Origin: an uncultured SAR86 cluster bacterium
GTDB lineage: Bacteria; Pseudomonadota; Gammaproteobacteria; Magnimaribacterales; AG-339-G14
Length of the DNA stretch: 64,000 bases
Assembly (NCBI GenBank): GCA_902566305.1
Contig: CACFIK010000001.1
Span: 29,205 to 93,204, forward strand
Direction: 5' to 3'
Shown here: piece after piece, positions 37,749 to 47,845 of the stretch
Position numbering within the stretch: the first letter of the stretch is position 1
Layout of the letters: each line of letters begins with the position of its first letter
Translations under genes and position numbers: made by a program
Notes under the pieces: model-generated
The model's input: the letters and a program-made list of their open reading frames with translations, nothing else
What the model was told of the DNA's origin: nothing
The model's database searches: none

Positions 37749-39175
37749 TTTTAGAAGCCTTTCAGAATAATACTTTTATCAACCTAAGTTACATCTTAGC
37801 TTCTGTCTTATTTATATTTGGTTTAAAAATGTTGAGCTCACCCGATACTGCTCAAAGAGGAAATTTTGTATCTTCTTTAGGGATGCTTCTTGCTGTGGTT
37901 GTGACTTTATTAAGCAAAGAAATAGTTTCATTTCAATTTATCTTGATAGGTCTTATTGGAGGCGGGGCAGTTGGAGCAATTGCCGCAATAAGAATAAAAA
38001 TGACATCAATGCCCGAATTAGTTGCTTTATTGAATGGTTTCGGTGGAGCATCAAGCCTTCTGGTTGCCTCTGCAGAATTATTTGCTTTAACAACTTCTAA
38101 TCTAGTTGCAATGATTGCAATAGGAATAGCAACTATCATCGGAGGGGTAACTTTCTCAGGAAGCTTAATAGCGTTTGGGAAACTTTCAGAAATTATGCCC
38201 GGCAAACCTTATTTGTTTATCGGTCAAAAAATCCTCACTGGATTAGTAATTTTATTACTTCTTCTATTACTTTTTCAGTTTTGTTCGGGTATTTTCTTTG
38301 CTGAAATTCTTTTTGGTTTTGATTGGATTAACCCGCAATATGCATTAATTCTTCTAATAGTATTATCTCTTTTACTAGGAATTTTATTAGCCATACCTAT
38401 AGGTGGTGCTGATATGCCTGTAATCATTGCTCTTCTTAACAGTTATTCTGGCCTTGCTGCATGTGCAGCAGGATTTGTAATAGGGAACAATGTATTGATT
38501 GTTGCTGGTTCTTTAGTAGGGGCGAGCGGATTGATCCTTACTAATATAATGTGTAAGGCAATGAACAGATCATTGCTTAATGTTCTTTTTGGAGGTTTTG
38601 GTGCAACTGACTCCTCCTCGTCTTCGGGTGAAGGAAAGGTTCAAGGTGATGTAAAGCCTATCAACATTACAGATTCTTACCTCATATTAGAGGCTGCTTC
38701 ATCGGTTCTTATCGTTCCTGGTTATGGGATGGCTGTTTCTCAAGCACAACACTCTGTAAGGGAGTTAGGAGAGTTGCTTCAAGATAATGGTTGTGAAGTT
38801 AAGTATGCAATTCATCCAGTTGCTGGCAGGATGCCAGGACATATGAATGTACTGTTAGCAGAAGCAAATGTTTCATACGATGTTCTTGTTGAGCCTCAAG
38901 ATGTAAATCCTATTATGGATACCATAGATGTATGCATTGTCATTGGTGCAAATGATGTTGTGAATCCTGATGCTAGAGAGGACGAATCAAGCCCTATATA
39001 TGGCATGCCCGTCATAGAGGTTGATAGAGCTAAAACAGTCTTTGTCCTAAAAAGATCCATGGCTTCTGGTTTCGCAGGAATAGAAAATAGTTTATTTTTT
39101 AAACAAAATACTCGTATGCTTTTTGGTGACGCAAAAGAGTCTGTAAGTGGCTTAGTTTCTGAGTTTAAGTCATAA
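37745..39175 (+). CDS. pntB: NAD(P) transhydrogenase subunit beta
   Basis: 476 aa. Polytopic N-terminal half plus the C-terminal dIII NADP(H) domain (VPGYGMAVSQAQH, HPVAGRMPGHMNVLLAEA). Confidence 0.94.
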   Translation: MILEAFQNNTFINLSYILASVLFIFGLKMLSSPDTAQRGNFVSSLGMLLAVVVTLLSKEIVSFQFILIGLIGGGAVGAIAAIRIKMTSMPELVALLNGFGGASSLLVASAELFALTTSNLVAMIAIGIATIIGGVTFSGSLIAFGKLSEIMPGKPYLFIGQKILTGLVILLLLLLLFQFCSGIFFAEILFGFDWINPQYALILLIVLSLLLGILLAIPIGGADMPVIIALLNSYSGLAACAAGFVIGNNVLIVAGSLVGASGLILTNIMCKAMNRSLLNVLFGGFGATDSSSSSGEGKVQGDVKPINITDSYLILEAASSVLIVPGYGMAVSQAQHSVRELGELLQDNGCEVKYAIHPVAGRMPGHMNVLLAEANVSYDVLVEPQDVNPIMDTIDVCIVIGANDVVNPDAREDESSPIYGMPVIEVDRAKTVFVLKRSMASGFAGIENSLFFKQNTRMLFGDAKESVSGLVSEFKS

Positions 39176-39202
39176 AATAAACCCCTAAAAATACGTCAGA
39201 AA

Positions 39203-39211
39203 TGCTATAAT
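39203..39211 (+). promoter_or_regulatory. candidate extended -10 promoter element for gyrA
   Basis: TGCTATAAT (TG-n-TATAAT) lies 57 nt upstream of the gyrA ATG. No good -35 is seen. In an AT-rich genome such matches occur by chance. Confidence 0.3.
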
Positions 39212-39267
39212 TTACATGGTATTTTGAACTTATTTTCTATTGATTTTTCTGAGTATCATTTCATTGA

Positions 39268-41796
39268 ATGACAGACATTTTTGACGATAAAGATTCCACT
39301 ATAAGTATTGAGGAAGAGCTTAAATCTTCCTATATGGATTACGCAATGAGCGTAATTGTAGGAAGAGCATTGCCTGATGCTAGAGATGGGCTTAAGCCAG
39401 TTCATAGAAGAACATTATTTGCCATGAATGTAGAAGGCAATGATTGGAATAGGGCTTATAAAAAGTCAGCAAGAATAGTTGGTAACGTCATAGGTAAATA
39501 TCATCCTCATGGAGACGCTGCCGTCTATCACACGCTTGTTAGAATGGCGCAAGACTTTGCTCTTCGTTATACCTTAGTTGATGGCCAAGGAAATTTTGGA
39601 TCTATGGATGGAGATCCGCCAGCAGCAATGAGATATACCGAAGTCAGACTTTCAAAAATTGCTCATGAACTACTTGCAGATTTAAATAAAGATACAGTTA
39701 ATTTTGTGGAAAATTATGACGGCACTGAGTTAATGCCCGAAGTTCTTCCAACAAAAATCCCAAATCTTCTTGTTAACGGCTCTTCTGGAATTGCAGTAGG
39801 CATGGCTACAAACATGCTTCCTCATAATTTAACTGAGTCTATAGAAGCATGCTTGTTGCTTATTGATAATCCGGATGCTGATATTGATTCGCTTTTAGAG
39901 ATTATTCCTGGTCCAGATTTTCCAACCGGCGGGTTCATCAATGGAAGAGCTGGCCTGATAGAAGCAGCAAAAACTGGCAAGGGCAGAGTCTATCTCAGAG
40001 CAAAAGCCGATATAGAAACTGACAAGAAAGATCGTAGCAAAATCATAGTTTCTGAAATTCCTTACCAAGTAGATAAATCAAGATTGGTAGAGAAAATTGC
40101 TGAACTTTCCAAAGAAAAAAGAATTGAGGGAATTTCTGAAATAAGAGACGAATCTAATAAAGATGGCGTCAGAATAGTAATTGAAATTAGATCTGGTCAA
40201 TCTCCAGAAGTTATTCTTAATAACTTATATGCTCTTACTCCTTTAGAAAATGTTTACGGTATCAATAACGTAGCATTAATAAACAACGTCCCAAAACTTT
40301 TAAATTTAAAACAAATTCTTGAAGTATTTATTGATCATAGGAAAGAGGTAGTTACCAGAAGAACCAAATTTGATCTAGAAAAAGCAAAAAATAGATCTCA
40401 TGTTCTCGAGGGTCTTACCGTAGCTTTAGAAAATATAGATCCTGTTATAGATCTGATTAAAAAATCAAAGGATGGACAAGAAGCTAAGAAAAAATTGTTA
40501 TCAAAATCATGGAAAGCCTCTAATGTGGTTAAGCTTCTAAAAGCATCTGGCGCTGATATATCCGGAAGTAAAAAAAATGATTTTGGATTATCCGGAAATA
40601 AATACCAACTATCGGATCATCAGGCACAGGCAATATTAGATCTCAGACTTCAAAGACTTACTGGACTTGAACAGGAATCATTAAAAGAAGAGTATGCTGA
40701 AATATTAGATCAGATAAAAAAATTACAAGAAATTCTTTCTGATAAAAATAAGCTCATAAGTGTTATCAAAACAGAGCTAAATGAGATTAAAGAAGAGTAT
40801 GGAGACACTAGAAAGACTCCTATCGAGGATAAGTTAGATCTAACAGATGAGGATTTGATCAAGCAGGAAGATATGGTTGTGACTATCTCCCACCTAGGCT
40901 ATGCAAAAACTCAGTCTCTTGAAGTTTACAGATCTCAACGAAGAGGCGGTGTAGGTAAAACGGCTGCATCTGTTAAAGATGAGGATTTTGTAGAGCAGCT
41001 TATAGTTGCAAATACTCATTCAACTCTTTTATGTTTTTCTAATTTAGGCAAAGTGTATTGGCTTAAGGTTTATCAAATCCCTGCAGCATCAAGAGTTGCC
41101 AAAGGTAGGCCTCTAATAAACTTAATAAATTTAGATGAAGGGGAGAGAATAACAAGTTTATTGAATGTTGAATCTTTTGAAGAGCCAGGATTTGTTTTTA
41201 TGGCAACGAAAAAAGGCGTGGTAAAGAAAACTTCTTTAGATGAATTTAAAAGACAATGGAAAGTTGGAAAAAGAGCTATAAAACTTGATCCTGATGATGA
41301 ATTAGTAGGCTCAACTTTAACCGATGGAGAAAAATTCATCATGCTAGTTTCTCAATCTGGTAAAGCAGTTTTTTTTGATGAAAAGGAAGCTAGATCAATG
41401 GGAAGGGCTGCTAGGGGAGTTAAAGGAATCAATTTGGCGAAAGATGATCAGGTCATATCTCTTCTTGTTCCCGAGAAAGAAAATACAATCTTCACTGTTT
41501 CTGAAAACGGTTATGGGAAAAGAACAAACGTCGATGACTTCAGAAAAACTAGGAGAGGAGCAAAAGGTGTTATTGCAATGCAAACCTCTGATAGGAATGG
41601 ATTACTTATTGGCGCAAACCAGGTTATCGAAGACCAAGAAATAATGTTGATAAGTAACAAAGGTACCTTAGTCAGAACTAAAGTTGATCAAATTAACGTT
41701 ATCGGAAGAAATACTCAAGGAGTTACTGTTATAAAACTTAAAGACTCAGAAAAGCTTGTGGGACTAGCTTCTATAATTGAAGATACAGATGACTAG
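39268..41796 (+). CDS. gyrA: DNA gyrase subunit A
   Basis: 842 aa. Active-site region [28 protein letters not shown], and C-terminal beta-pinwheel repeats. Confidence 0.97.
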   Translation: MTDIFDDKDSTISIEEELKSSYMDYAMSVIVGRALPDARDGLKPVHRRTLFAMNVEGNDWNRAYKKSARIVGNVIGKYHPHGDAAVYHTLVRMAQDFALRYTLVDGQGNFGSMDGDPPAAMRYTEVRLSKIAHELLADLNKDTVNFVENYDGTELMPEVLPTKIPNLLVNGSSGIAVGMATNMLPHNLTESIEACLLLIDNPDADIDSLLEIIPGPDFPTGGFINGRAGLIEAAKTGKGRVYLRAKADIETDKKDRSKIIVSEIPYQVDKSRLVEKIAELSKEKRIEGISEIRDESNKDGVRIVIEIRSGQSPEVILNNLYALTPLENVYGINNVALINNVPKLLNLKQILEVFIDHRKEVVTRRTKFDLEKAKNRSHVLEGLTVALENIDPVIDLIKKSKDGQEAKKKLLSKSWKASNVVKLLKASGADISGSKKNDFGLSGNKYQLSDHQAQAILDLRLQRLTGLEQESLKEEYAEILDQIKKLQEILSDKNKLISVIKTELNEIKEEYGDTRKTPIEDKLDLTDEDLIKQEDMVVTISHLGYAKTQSLEVYRSQRRGGVGKTAASVKDEDFVEQLIVANTHSTLLCFSNLGKVYWLKVYQIPAASRVAKGRPLINLINLDEGERITSLLNVESFEEPGFVFMATKKGVVKKTSLDEFKRQWKVGKRAIKLDPDDELVGSTLTDGEKFIMLVSQSGKAVFFDEKEARSMGRAARGVKGINLAKDDQVISLLVPEKENTIFTVSENGYGKRTNVDDFRKTRRGAKGVIAMQTSDRNGLLIGANQVIEDQEIMLISNKGTLVRTKVDQINVIGRNTQGVTVIKLKDSEKLVGLASIIEDTDD

Positions 41797-42868
41797 GGCA
41801 TTTAATTTTTGTGCAGGTCCAGCTGCTCTTCCTGAAGAAGTCTTGAAGGAGTTACAAGAAGAAACTTTAGATTATAAAAATCATGGTTTAGCGGTTATGG
41901 AAATGAGTCATAGAAGTAAAGAGTTTGTATCAATAGCGGAGCAAGCAAAACATGATTTCATTGATTTATTATCTATACCTGATGAGTACGATGTTTTATT
42001 TATTCAAGGAGGTGCCAGTCTACAATTTTCAATGATTCCAATGAATCTCGGAAATAAGAACCAAAAAGTAGATTATTTAGAAGTCGGATCGTGGTCTAAA
42101 AAAGCTATAGCTGAAGCTAAGAAATTTCATGACGTTAATATAGCCGCATCTTCAAAAGATATTTCATTCAAAAAATATCCTTCAATAAATGATTGGAATA
42201 TTTCAGATGATTCCTCCTACATACATATGGTGATGAATGAGACAATTGAAGGAGTTGCTTGCAGATCGTTATATAATTTACCAGAAAAAGTAATAGTTTC
42301 GGACTGTTCTTCCAACATACTCTCTGAGCCACTAGATGTAAAAAAGTTTGGACTCATTTATGCGGGCGCTCAAAAAAATATTGGCCCAGCCGGGTTAGCA
42401 ATTGTAATTATTCGAAAAGACTTAATTCAAAAAAGAGATGATCTTCCCGCTTTAATGAGTTATCAGACATATGCAGATTCAGAATCAATGTACAACACGC
42501 CTCCAACATTTGCTTGGTATCTTTCAGGTAAAGTTTTTTCTTGGCTTAAAAGGAATGGTGGTCTTGAATCAATTGAAGAAATTAATCTGAGAAAAGCAAA
42601 AAAACTATATGATTACATAGACAACAGTGACTTTTACTACAACGATGTATCTATCGAGAGTAGGTCTATCATGAATGTTCCATTCTTATTGAACGATGAT
42701 TCCCTAAATGATTCATTTCTCAAAGATAGCGAAAAGGAAGGTTTACTAAATCTTGCTGGTCATAGATCAGTTGGAGGGATGAGAGCTAGCATATACAATG
42801 CTGTGCCAGAAGAAGCTATAGATGCTCTAGTTTCTTTTATGGAAGTATTTGCAAATAAGTATGGCTAA
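41789..42868 (+). CDS. serC: 3-phosphoserine/phosphohydroxythreonine aminotransferase
   Basis: ATG at 41789 gives [19 protein letters not shown] (E. coli: MAQIFNFSSGPAMLPAEVL). 8-nt overlap with gyrA. The track start at 41777 is a TTG. Confidence 0.93.
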   Translation: MTRAFNFCAGPAALPEEVLKELQEETLDYKNHGLAVMEMSHRSKEFVSIAEQAKHDFIDLLSIPDEYDVLFIQGGASLQFSMIPMNLGNKNQKVDYLEVGSWSKKAIAEAKKFHDVNIAASSKDISFKKYPSINDWNISDDSSYIHMVMNETIEGVACRSLYNLPEKVIVSDCSSNILSEPLDVKKFGLIYAGAQKNIGPAGLAIVIIRKDLIQKRDDLPALMSYQTYADSESMYNTPPTFAWYLSGKVFSWLKRNGGLESIEEINLRKAKKLYDYIDNSDFYYNDVSIESRSIMNVPFLLNDDSLNDSFLKDSEKEGLLNLAGHRSVGGMRASIYNAVPEEAIDALVSFMEVFANKYG

Positions 42869-43952
42869 CTCAAAATTAGAAAAATCATTAGGTTTAATTC
42901 GTAAGAAAATTGATTTAATTGATGACCAAATGCTCTCTTTACTTGAAGATAGGGTCTCTTTGGTTATTGATGCTGAGAATTTAAAAAAAAATACATCGAA
43001 AGGCCCTTTTTATCGTCCAGATAGAGAGAAAGAAATTATTAGGCGTTTACAATCTTTGAATAACTCGCCGCTAGAGAATAATAAAATCCAAACAATTTTT
43101 CAGGATATTATATCGGCCTGTTTTTCAACAGCATTTGAAATTAAGGTTGCATATTTGGGGCCTGAAGGTTCATTTTCAGAAAAAGCTGCAAAAAAACATT
43201 TCGGGTCTTCTACAAATTTTGTTTCCTGTGGTTCTATCCGAGAAATTATAGATTCAGTTGCAGATAATTCAGAATATTACGGCGTTTTGCCAATTGAAAA
43301 CTCAACTGAAGGCCTTGTTAATTCGACTTTAGATGAAATCATTGAAAGTAATCTTAAGATTTGCAGCGAGATAAGCATTCCAATTAATTTAAGTCTTTTA
43401 TCAAAGAAAAACATTGCTCTTTCAAGTATTAAAACTATCTTCGCGCACAGTCAGGCTTTTGCACAGTCCCAATCTTGGTTGAATAAAAATTTACCCAAAG
43501 TTATAAAAAAAGATGCGACAAGTAATTCTCAAGGAGTAATGCAGTCAAAAAGAACAAATTATTCCGCTGCTATAGCTTCTATTGAGGCTGCAAAAAAGTA
43601 TGACATGAAAGTTTTAAAGCGAAATATTCAAGATTATAAAAATAATAAAACAAGATTTATCATTGTCGGAAATCATGACGTCTCAGCTACAAAAGAGGAT
43701 AAAACTAGCGTAAGCATAATAACAAAAAATAAGTCTGGAGCACTTTCAGATATCTTAGAAAAGTTTAAAGAACAAAAAATCAATCTCACAAACATTCAAT
43801 CGAGACCAACCAAAAAGAACAACTGGGAGTATATGTTTTTTATAGAATTGGACGGTCACAAGACTGATAAGAATGTAGACATTGCCTTAAAAAAAATATC
43901 ACGACTTTCACTAAATTTAAAAGTTTTGGGATCCTATCCCAAAGGAATTTAA
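42861..43952 (+). CDS. pheA: bifunctional chorismate mutase / prephenate dehydratase (P-protein)
   Basis: ATG at 42861. Chorismate mutase helix region (IRKKIDLIDDQMLSLLEDR), prephenate dehydratase domain (VAYLGPEGSFSE), and ACT domain with the QSRP motif. Confidence 0.92.
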   Translation: MANSKLEKSLGLIRKKIDLIDDQMLSLLEDRVSLVIDAENLKKNTSKGPFYRPDREKEIIRRLQSLNNSPLENNKIQTIFQDIISACFSTAFEIKVAYLGPEGSFSEKAAKKHFGSSTNFVSCGSIREIIDSVADNSEYYGVLPIENSTEGLVNSTLDEIIESNLKICSEISIPINLSLLSKKNIALSSIKTIFAHSQAFAQSQSWLNKNLPKVIKKDATSNSQGVMQSKRTNYSAAIASIEAAKKYDMKVLKRNIQDYKNNKTRFIIVGNHDVSATKEDKTSVSIITKNKSGALSDILEKFKEQKINLTNIQSRPTKKNNWEYMFFIELDGHKTDKNVDIALKKISRLSLNLKVLGSYPKGI

Positions 43953-45061
43953 TGAAAAAGACATTTCCCGAAGATAGAGTAAATATCGGCGTAAATAAGA
44001 TAACTCCTTATCAACCTGGAAAATCATCCGATAGCTTAAACATAAGCAAAGAAAAGCTGATAAAGCTTGCAAGCAACGAGAATCCTATAGGTCCTAGTAA
44101 GTTAGCTACCAAAGCAATTAGTCATATTGTTGAAGAAGCGCATAGATATCCCGATGGAAATGGCACAAAACTAAAACAAAAAATCTCAAAGTTAGAAGGA
44201 GTTCCACTTGATAGCATAACGTTAGGAAACGGATCCAATGATTTGATTGAGTTTTCAGCCAGAGCTTTTTTAACGAATGGAGATAATGCACTTTATTTTA
44301 AGCATGGATTTGCAATATATCCCCTTGCCATCCTAGCTACAGGAGCAGATTTAAGAGAGTTGCCTGTGACTGAGAATTATCATCAAGACTTAACTTCGGT
44401 AATTAATTTCGTTGATAAAAAATCTAAAGTAGTTTTCATAGCATCGCCAAATAATCCTACAGGATCAGCGAATACATTTTCTGAAATTGAATCAATGTTA
44501 AATGATTTACCGAATGATTTAATTGTCTTTCTCGATCAGGCTTACTTTGAATATATTGAAGATGAACAATACAAATTACCTTTTGATTTAATCGATAAGT
44601 ATCAAAATTTGATAATTTCCAGGAGTTTTTCAAAGGCTCACGGTCTTGCGGCTTATAGACTTGGTTACAGCATATCATCTCAAAAAATCGCAGATTATTT
44701 AAATCGTGTTAGACAGCCATTCAATGTAAGTTCTTTTGCTCTTGAGGCGGGTATTGCATCTTTAAATGATAAGGAGCATTTAAGAAAATCTGTCGATTTA
44801 AACCAAAGAGAAAAAAATAAATTAATGCAATTCTTTAAAAAAGAAAATATTGAATATCTGCCCACTCAGGGTAATTTCTTTTCTTTTAGTTTGGATACAG
44901 ATTCTGATGAAACCTTTGAAGCCTTTTTAAATGAAGGAATCATATTGAGATCACTCAAATCATACAATATGGATAGATTTGTAAGAGTAAGCATTGGTCA
45001 AGAATTTGAAAACGATGCTTTTATTGAAGCTGCAAAAAAGATTAAAGGTTCAAGGAATTGA
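43952..45061 (+). CDS. hisC: histidinol-phosphate / aromatic aminotransferase
   Basis: 369 aa. Motifs LASNENPIGPS and PLP-lysine motif SFSKAHGLAAYRLGY. Position between pheA and tyrA as in Pseudomonas (hisC2). Confidence 0.88.
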   Translation: MKKTFPEDRVNIGVNKITPYQPGKSSDSLNISKEKLIKLASNENPIGPSKLATKAISHIVEEAHRYPDGNGTKLKQKISKLEGVPLDSITLGNGSNDLIEFSARAFLTNGDNALYFKHGFAIYPLAILATGADLRELPVTENYHQDLTSVINFVDKKSKVVFIASPNNPTGSANTFSEIESMLNDLPNDLIVFLDQAYFEYIEDEQYKLPFDLIDKYQNLIISRSFSKAHGLAAYRLGYSISSQKIADYLNRVRQPFNVSSFALEAGIASLNDKEHLRKSVDLNQREKNKLMQFFKKENIEYLPTQGNFFSFSLDTDSDETFEAFLNEGIILRSLKSYNMDRFVRVSIGQEFENDAFIEAAKKIKGSRN

Positions 45062-45888
45062 AAGAACAAATACTAATATTCGGCTTAGGTCATATTGGAG
45101 GATCAATAGCTAAATCTCTTTGCAAACAGGGAATTAAAGTCTACGCAGAGGATTTGAGTAAAAAAACAATCACATATGCAATAAAAAATAAAATTATTAA
45201 AGGAACATTCTCAAATTTAGACCTTTTAAAACCCTATTCAGTTATTTTCTCAACTCCGCCAATTGTCACCAATAAATTAGTTAACGAAAATAAAGATCTC
45301 ATTAAAAATGCTGTTTTATTTACTGAGACATCTAGCTCTAAAAATAAGATAAAAAAGAATGCTTTCATCAACAAAATTGAGAATGCTATTCTTTCACATC
45401 CAATTGCAGGGAACGAAGGAAGTGGGATAGATGCATCTGACATAAAACTTTTTGAAAACAAAATTTGTATTCTTTCTCCGTTGAAAATGACGTCAAAAAA
45501 TTCAATTACAAAGGCCCAAAAATTATGGGGATCTTTAGGCTCTAATTGCATAAAAATGGACTTAAACTCTCACGATAAAATATTAGCAGCAACAAGCCAC
45601 TTACCTCATGTAATTAGTTTTAGCTTAATGAGATATATCGAAAAATCCTCAAATATAAAGAATAAAGTCCTAATGGGAGGTGGACTAAAAGACTTCACTA
45701 GAATTTCTTCAAGTGACCCAGAAATGTGGAGTGATATTTTTGATCTAAATAAAAAGGAAATTTTAAATTCAATAAAAGGTTTTAAGAAAGAATTAGAGGT
45801 AATGGAAAAAAATATCTTAAACAGCCGCTCTAAAACTAAAAACTTAATTGCTGAATCCAATAAGGCAAGAAAAAAAATTATTGATTGA
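45058..45888 (+). CDS. tyrA: prephenate (cyclohexadienyl) dehydrogenase
   Basis: 276 aa with a TTG start. Rossmann motif IFGLGHIGGS, plus LSHPIAG and ATSHLPH. Abuts aroA (stop TGA followed directly by ATG). Confidence 0.85.
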   Translation: MKEQILIFGLGHIGGSIAKSLCKQGIKVYAEDLSKKTITYAIKNKIIKGTFSNLDLLKPYSVIFSTPPIVTNKLVNENKDLIKNAVLFTETSSSKNKIKKNAFINKIENAILSHPIAGNEGSGIDASDIKLFENKICILSPLKMTSKNSITKAQKLWGSLGSNCIKMDLNSHDKILAATSHLPHVISFSLMRYIEKSSNIKNKVLMGGGLKDFTRISSSDPEMWSDIFDLNKKEILNSIKGFKKELEVMEKNILNSRSKTKNLIAESNKARKKIID

Positions 45889-47199
45889 ATGACTACATCA
45901 TTAAAGTCATCAAAGAAAAATAATCTTTCAGGAGAGGTTGTTATTCCAGGTGATAAATCAATCTCGCACAGAGCAATTTTATTTGGACTTTTAAGCAAAG
46001 GAAAAACGCAAATTCACGGCTCACAAAATAGCGAAGATGTTCTTAATTCGCTTAACGTAGCTAGATTTCTTGGAATCAAAACCAAGGTTAAAAGCTCCGT
46101 TATTTTTCTTGATTCTCCTGGCATAGAAGGTTTGTCTGCTCCAACAAAAGATCTTTATTTTGGAAACTCTGGAACAGGTATGAGACTTTTTGCAGGATTC
46201 TTGAGCTCGTTAAACTTTTCATCCACATTAACCGGTGACGCCTCTCTTTCAAATCGGCCTATGATGAGAATCATTGACCCTTTGCAAAAAATGGGAGCAA
46301 AAATTTCTGCGACTAATGAAGAAAATCCTCCTCTTAAGATTAGTCCGTCAACAGGTTTAAAAGGTATTACTTACGAAATGCCAATTGCAAGTGCGCAAGT
46401 AAAATCCTCAATTTTATTAGCGGGATTAAACGCGGAAGGTAAAACTCAGGTTAAAGAAAAATATCCAACCAGAGACCATACAGAAAAGATGATGAAAACT
46501 TTTGAAGCTAACATTTCTTTTTCTAAAGGGATTGTTGAAATTGAAAGAAGTGTTTTAAAAACTCCAGGGCAAATTGAAGTTCCTGGAGATTTCTCATCAT
46601 CAGCCTTTTTTATAGGGGCATGCTTAATTTCAGAAAACTCTGAAATAAAAATTAAAAATGTTGGAATAAATAAGACTAGAAAAGCTTTTCTTGATTGTCT
46701 TTTAGACATGAATGCAAATATTGATCTTACAAATATAAGACAATTAGGAAACGAAGAAGTGGCAGATTTAATTATAAAGTCATCGGACTTATTACCTGCA
46801 AAAATAATGGAAGATATCGTTCCTAATTTAATTGATGAGCTCCCATTATTTTTCTTGATTGCTAGTTTAATAGAAGGAGAATCAGAATTTAATGGTTTAT
46901 CAGAATTGAAGCATAAAGAGAGCGACAGACTTTCAATCATGATCAATAACCTCCAAAAACTTGATGTTGAAGTCCATTTAAATAAGGATAGTCTAAAAAT
47001 AATTGGTAAAAAGGATAGAATTTTTTCTGATGGAGTATTTGATTCGCATGGAGACCACAGAATTGCGATGACAATGTTGGTAGCAGGGCTGAGATCTTCT
47101 GAAGGCCTTGTAGTGAAAAATGTAGATTGTATCAATACCTCTTTTCCAGAATTTATCGATCAAGCAAAAATTTTGGGATTCAGTTTCAAAAATGGATAA
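45889..47199 (+). CDS. aroA: 3-phosphoshikimate 1-carboxyvinyltransferase (EPSP synthase), class II-type motifs
   Basis: 436 aa. Motifs PGDKSISHR, GNSGTGMRL, SAQVKSSILLAGL, TRDHTEKM, NKTR and GDHRIAM. Confidence 0.94.
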   Translation: MTTSLKSSKKNNLSGEVVIPGDKSISHRAILFGLLSKGKTQIHGSQNSEDVLNSLNVARFLGIKTKVKSSVIFLDSPGIEGLSAPTKDLYFGNSGTGMRLFAGFLSSLNFSSTLTGDASLSNRPMMRIIDPLQKMGAKISATNEENPPLKISPSTGLKGITYEMPIASAQVKSSILLAGLNAEGKTQVKEKYPTRDHTEKMMKTFEANISFSKGIVEIERSVLKTPGQIEVPGDFSSSAFFIGACLISENSEIKIKNVGINKTRKAFLDCLLDMNANIDLTNIRQLGNEEVADLIIKSSDLLPAKIMEDIVPNLIDELPLFFLIASLIEGESEFNGLSELKHKESDRLSIMINNLQKLDVEVHLNKDSLKIIGKKDRIFSDGVFDSHGDHRIAMTMLVAGLRSSEGLVVKNVDCINTSFPEFIDQAKILGFSFKNG

Positions 47200-47842
47200 T
47201 TTAATAACCATTGACGGCCCAGGCGGTTCTGGAAAGGGAACAGTAGCTAAATTGTTAGCAGCTAAATTAGGATGGAATATTCTAGATAGCGGAGCTCTTT
47301 ATAGATTAATAGCCCTGATTTCTGAGAATATTAAAGAAACTGATCCAGACATAATTGGAATAGAACTTAAAGATAAGAACATCTTTTTTAAGCTTAAAGG
47401 AGACCAATATCATCTTATTTTTGATGGTAAGGATATTACTGACACCATTAGAAGAGAAGAGATAGGGATAAAAGCTTCAGACTTGGCACATAATCAAAAT
47501 ATTCGAGATCTTATTAAAGATACTCAAAGGTCCTTTTACGATCCAAATATTGGTTTAATAGCTGATGGAAGAGATATGGGATCGGTAGTTTTTCCTGAAG
47601 CTGGAATTAAAATATATTTGGATGCATCAATCGAAGAGAGAGCAAAAAGACGTCAAATTCAGTTGAAAGAAAAGGGTATGGAGGTTAACATGCGCAACCT
47701 TATCTCAAGCTTAGAAGATAGAGACTTAAAGGATAAAAATAGAGATGTATCTCCTCTTTTGATTCCACAAGGGGCAAAAGTGATTGATTCCACAAATCTA
47801 TCAATAGATGAGGTAGTAAATAAAATAATGGATTTAACTTAA
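47192..47842 (+). CDS. cmk: (d)CMP kinase
   Basis: 216 aa. P-loop ITIDGPGGSGKGT and LDSGALYR. Confidence 0.94.
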   Translation: MDNLITIDGPGGSGKGTVAKLLAAKLGWNILDSGALYRLIALISENIKETDPDIIGIELKDKNIFFKLKGDQYHLIFDGKDITDTIRREEIGIKASDLAHNQNIRDLIKDTQRSFYDPNIGLIADGRDMGSVVFPEAGIKIYLDASIEERAKRRQIQLKEKGMEVNMRNLISSLEDRDLKDKNRDVSPLLIPQGAKVIDSTNLSIDEVVNKIMDLT

Positions 47843-47845
47843 ATT

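Noticed and set aside
46446-47135. 229-aa ORF antisense to aroA, the longest shadow ORF in the track
   Set aside because: It lies entirely within the well-supported aroA gene on the opposite strand. Its translation is low-complexity (Ser/Ile/Phe/Lys-rich) with no recognisable motif, which is typical of stop-poor antisense frames in AT-rich DNA.
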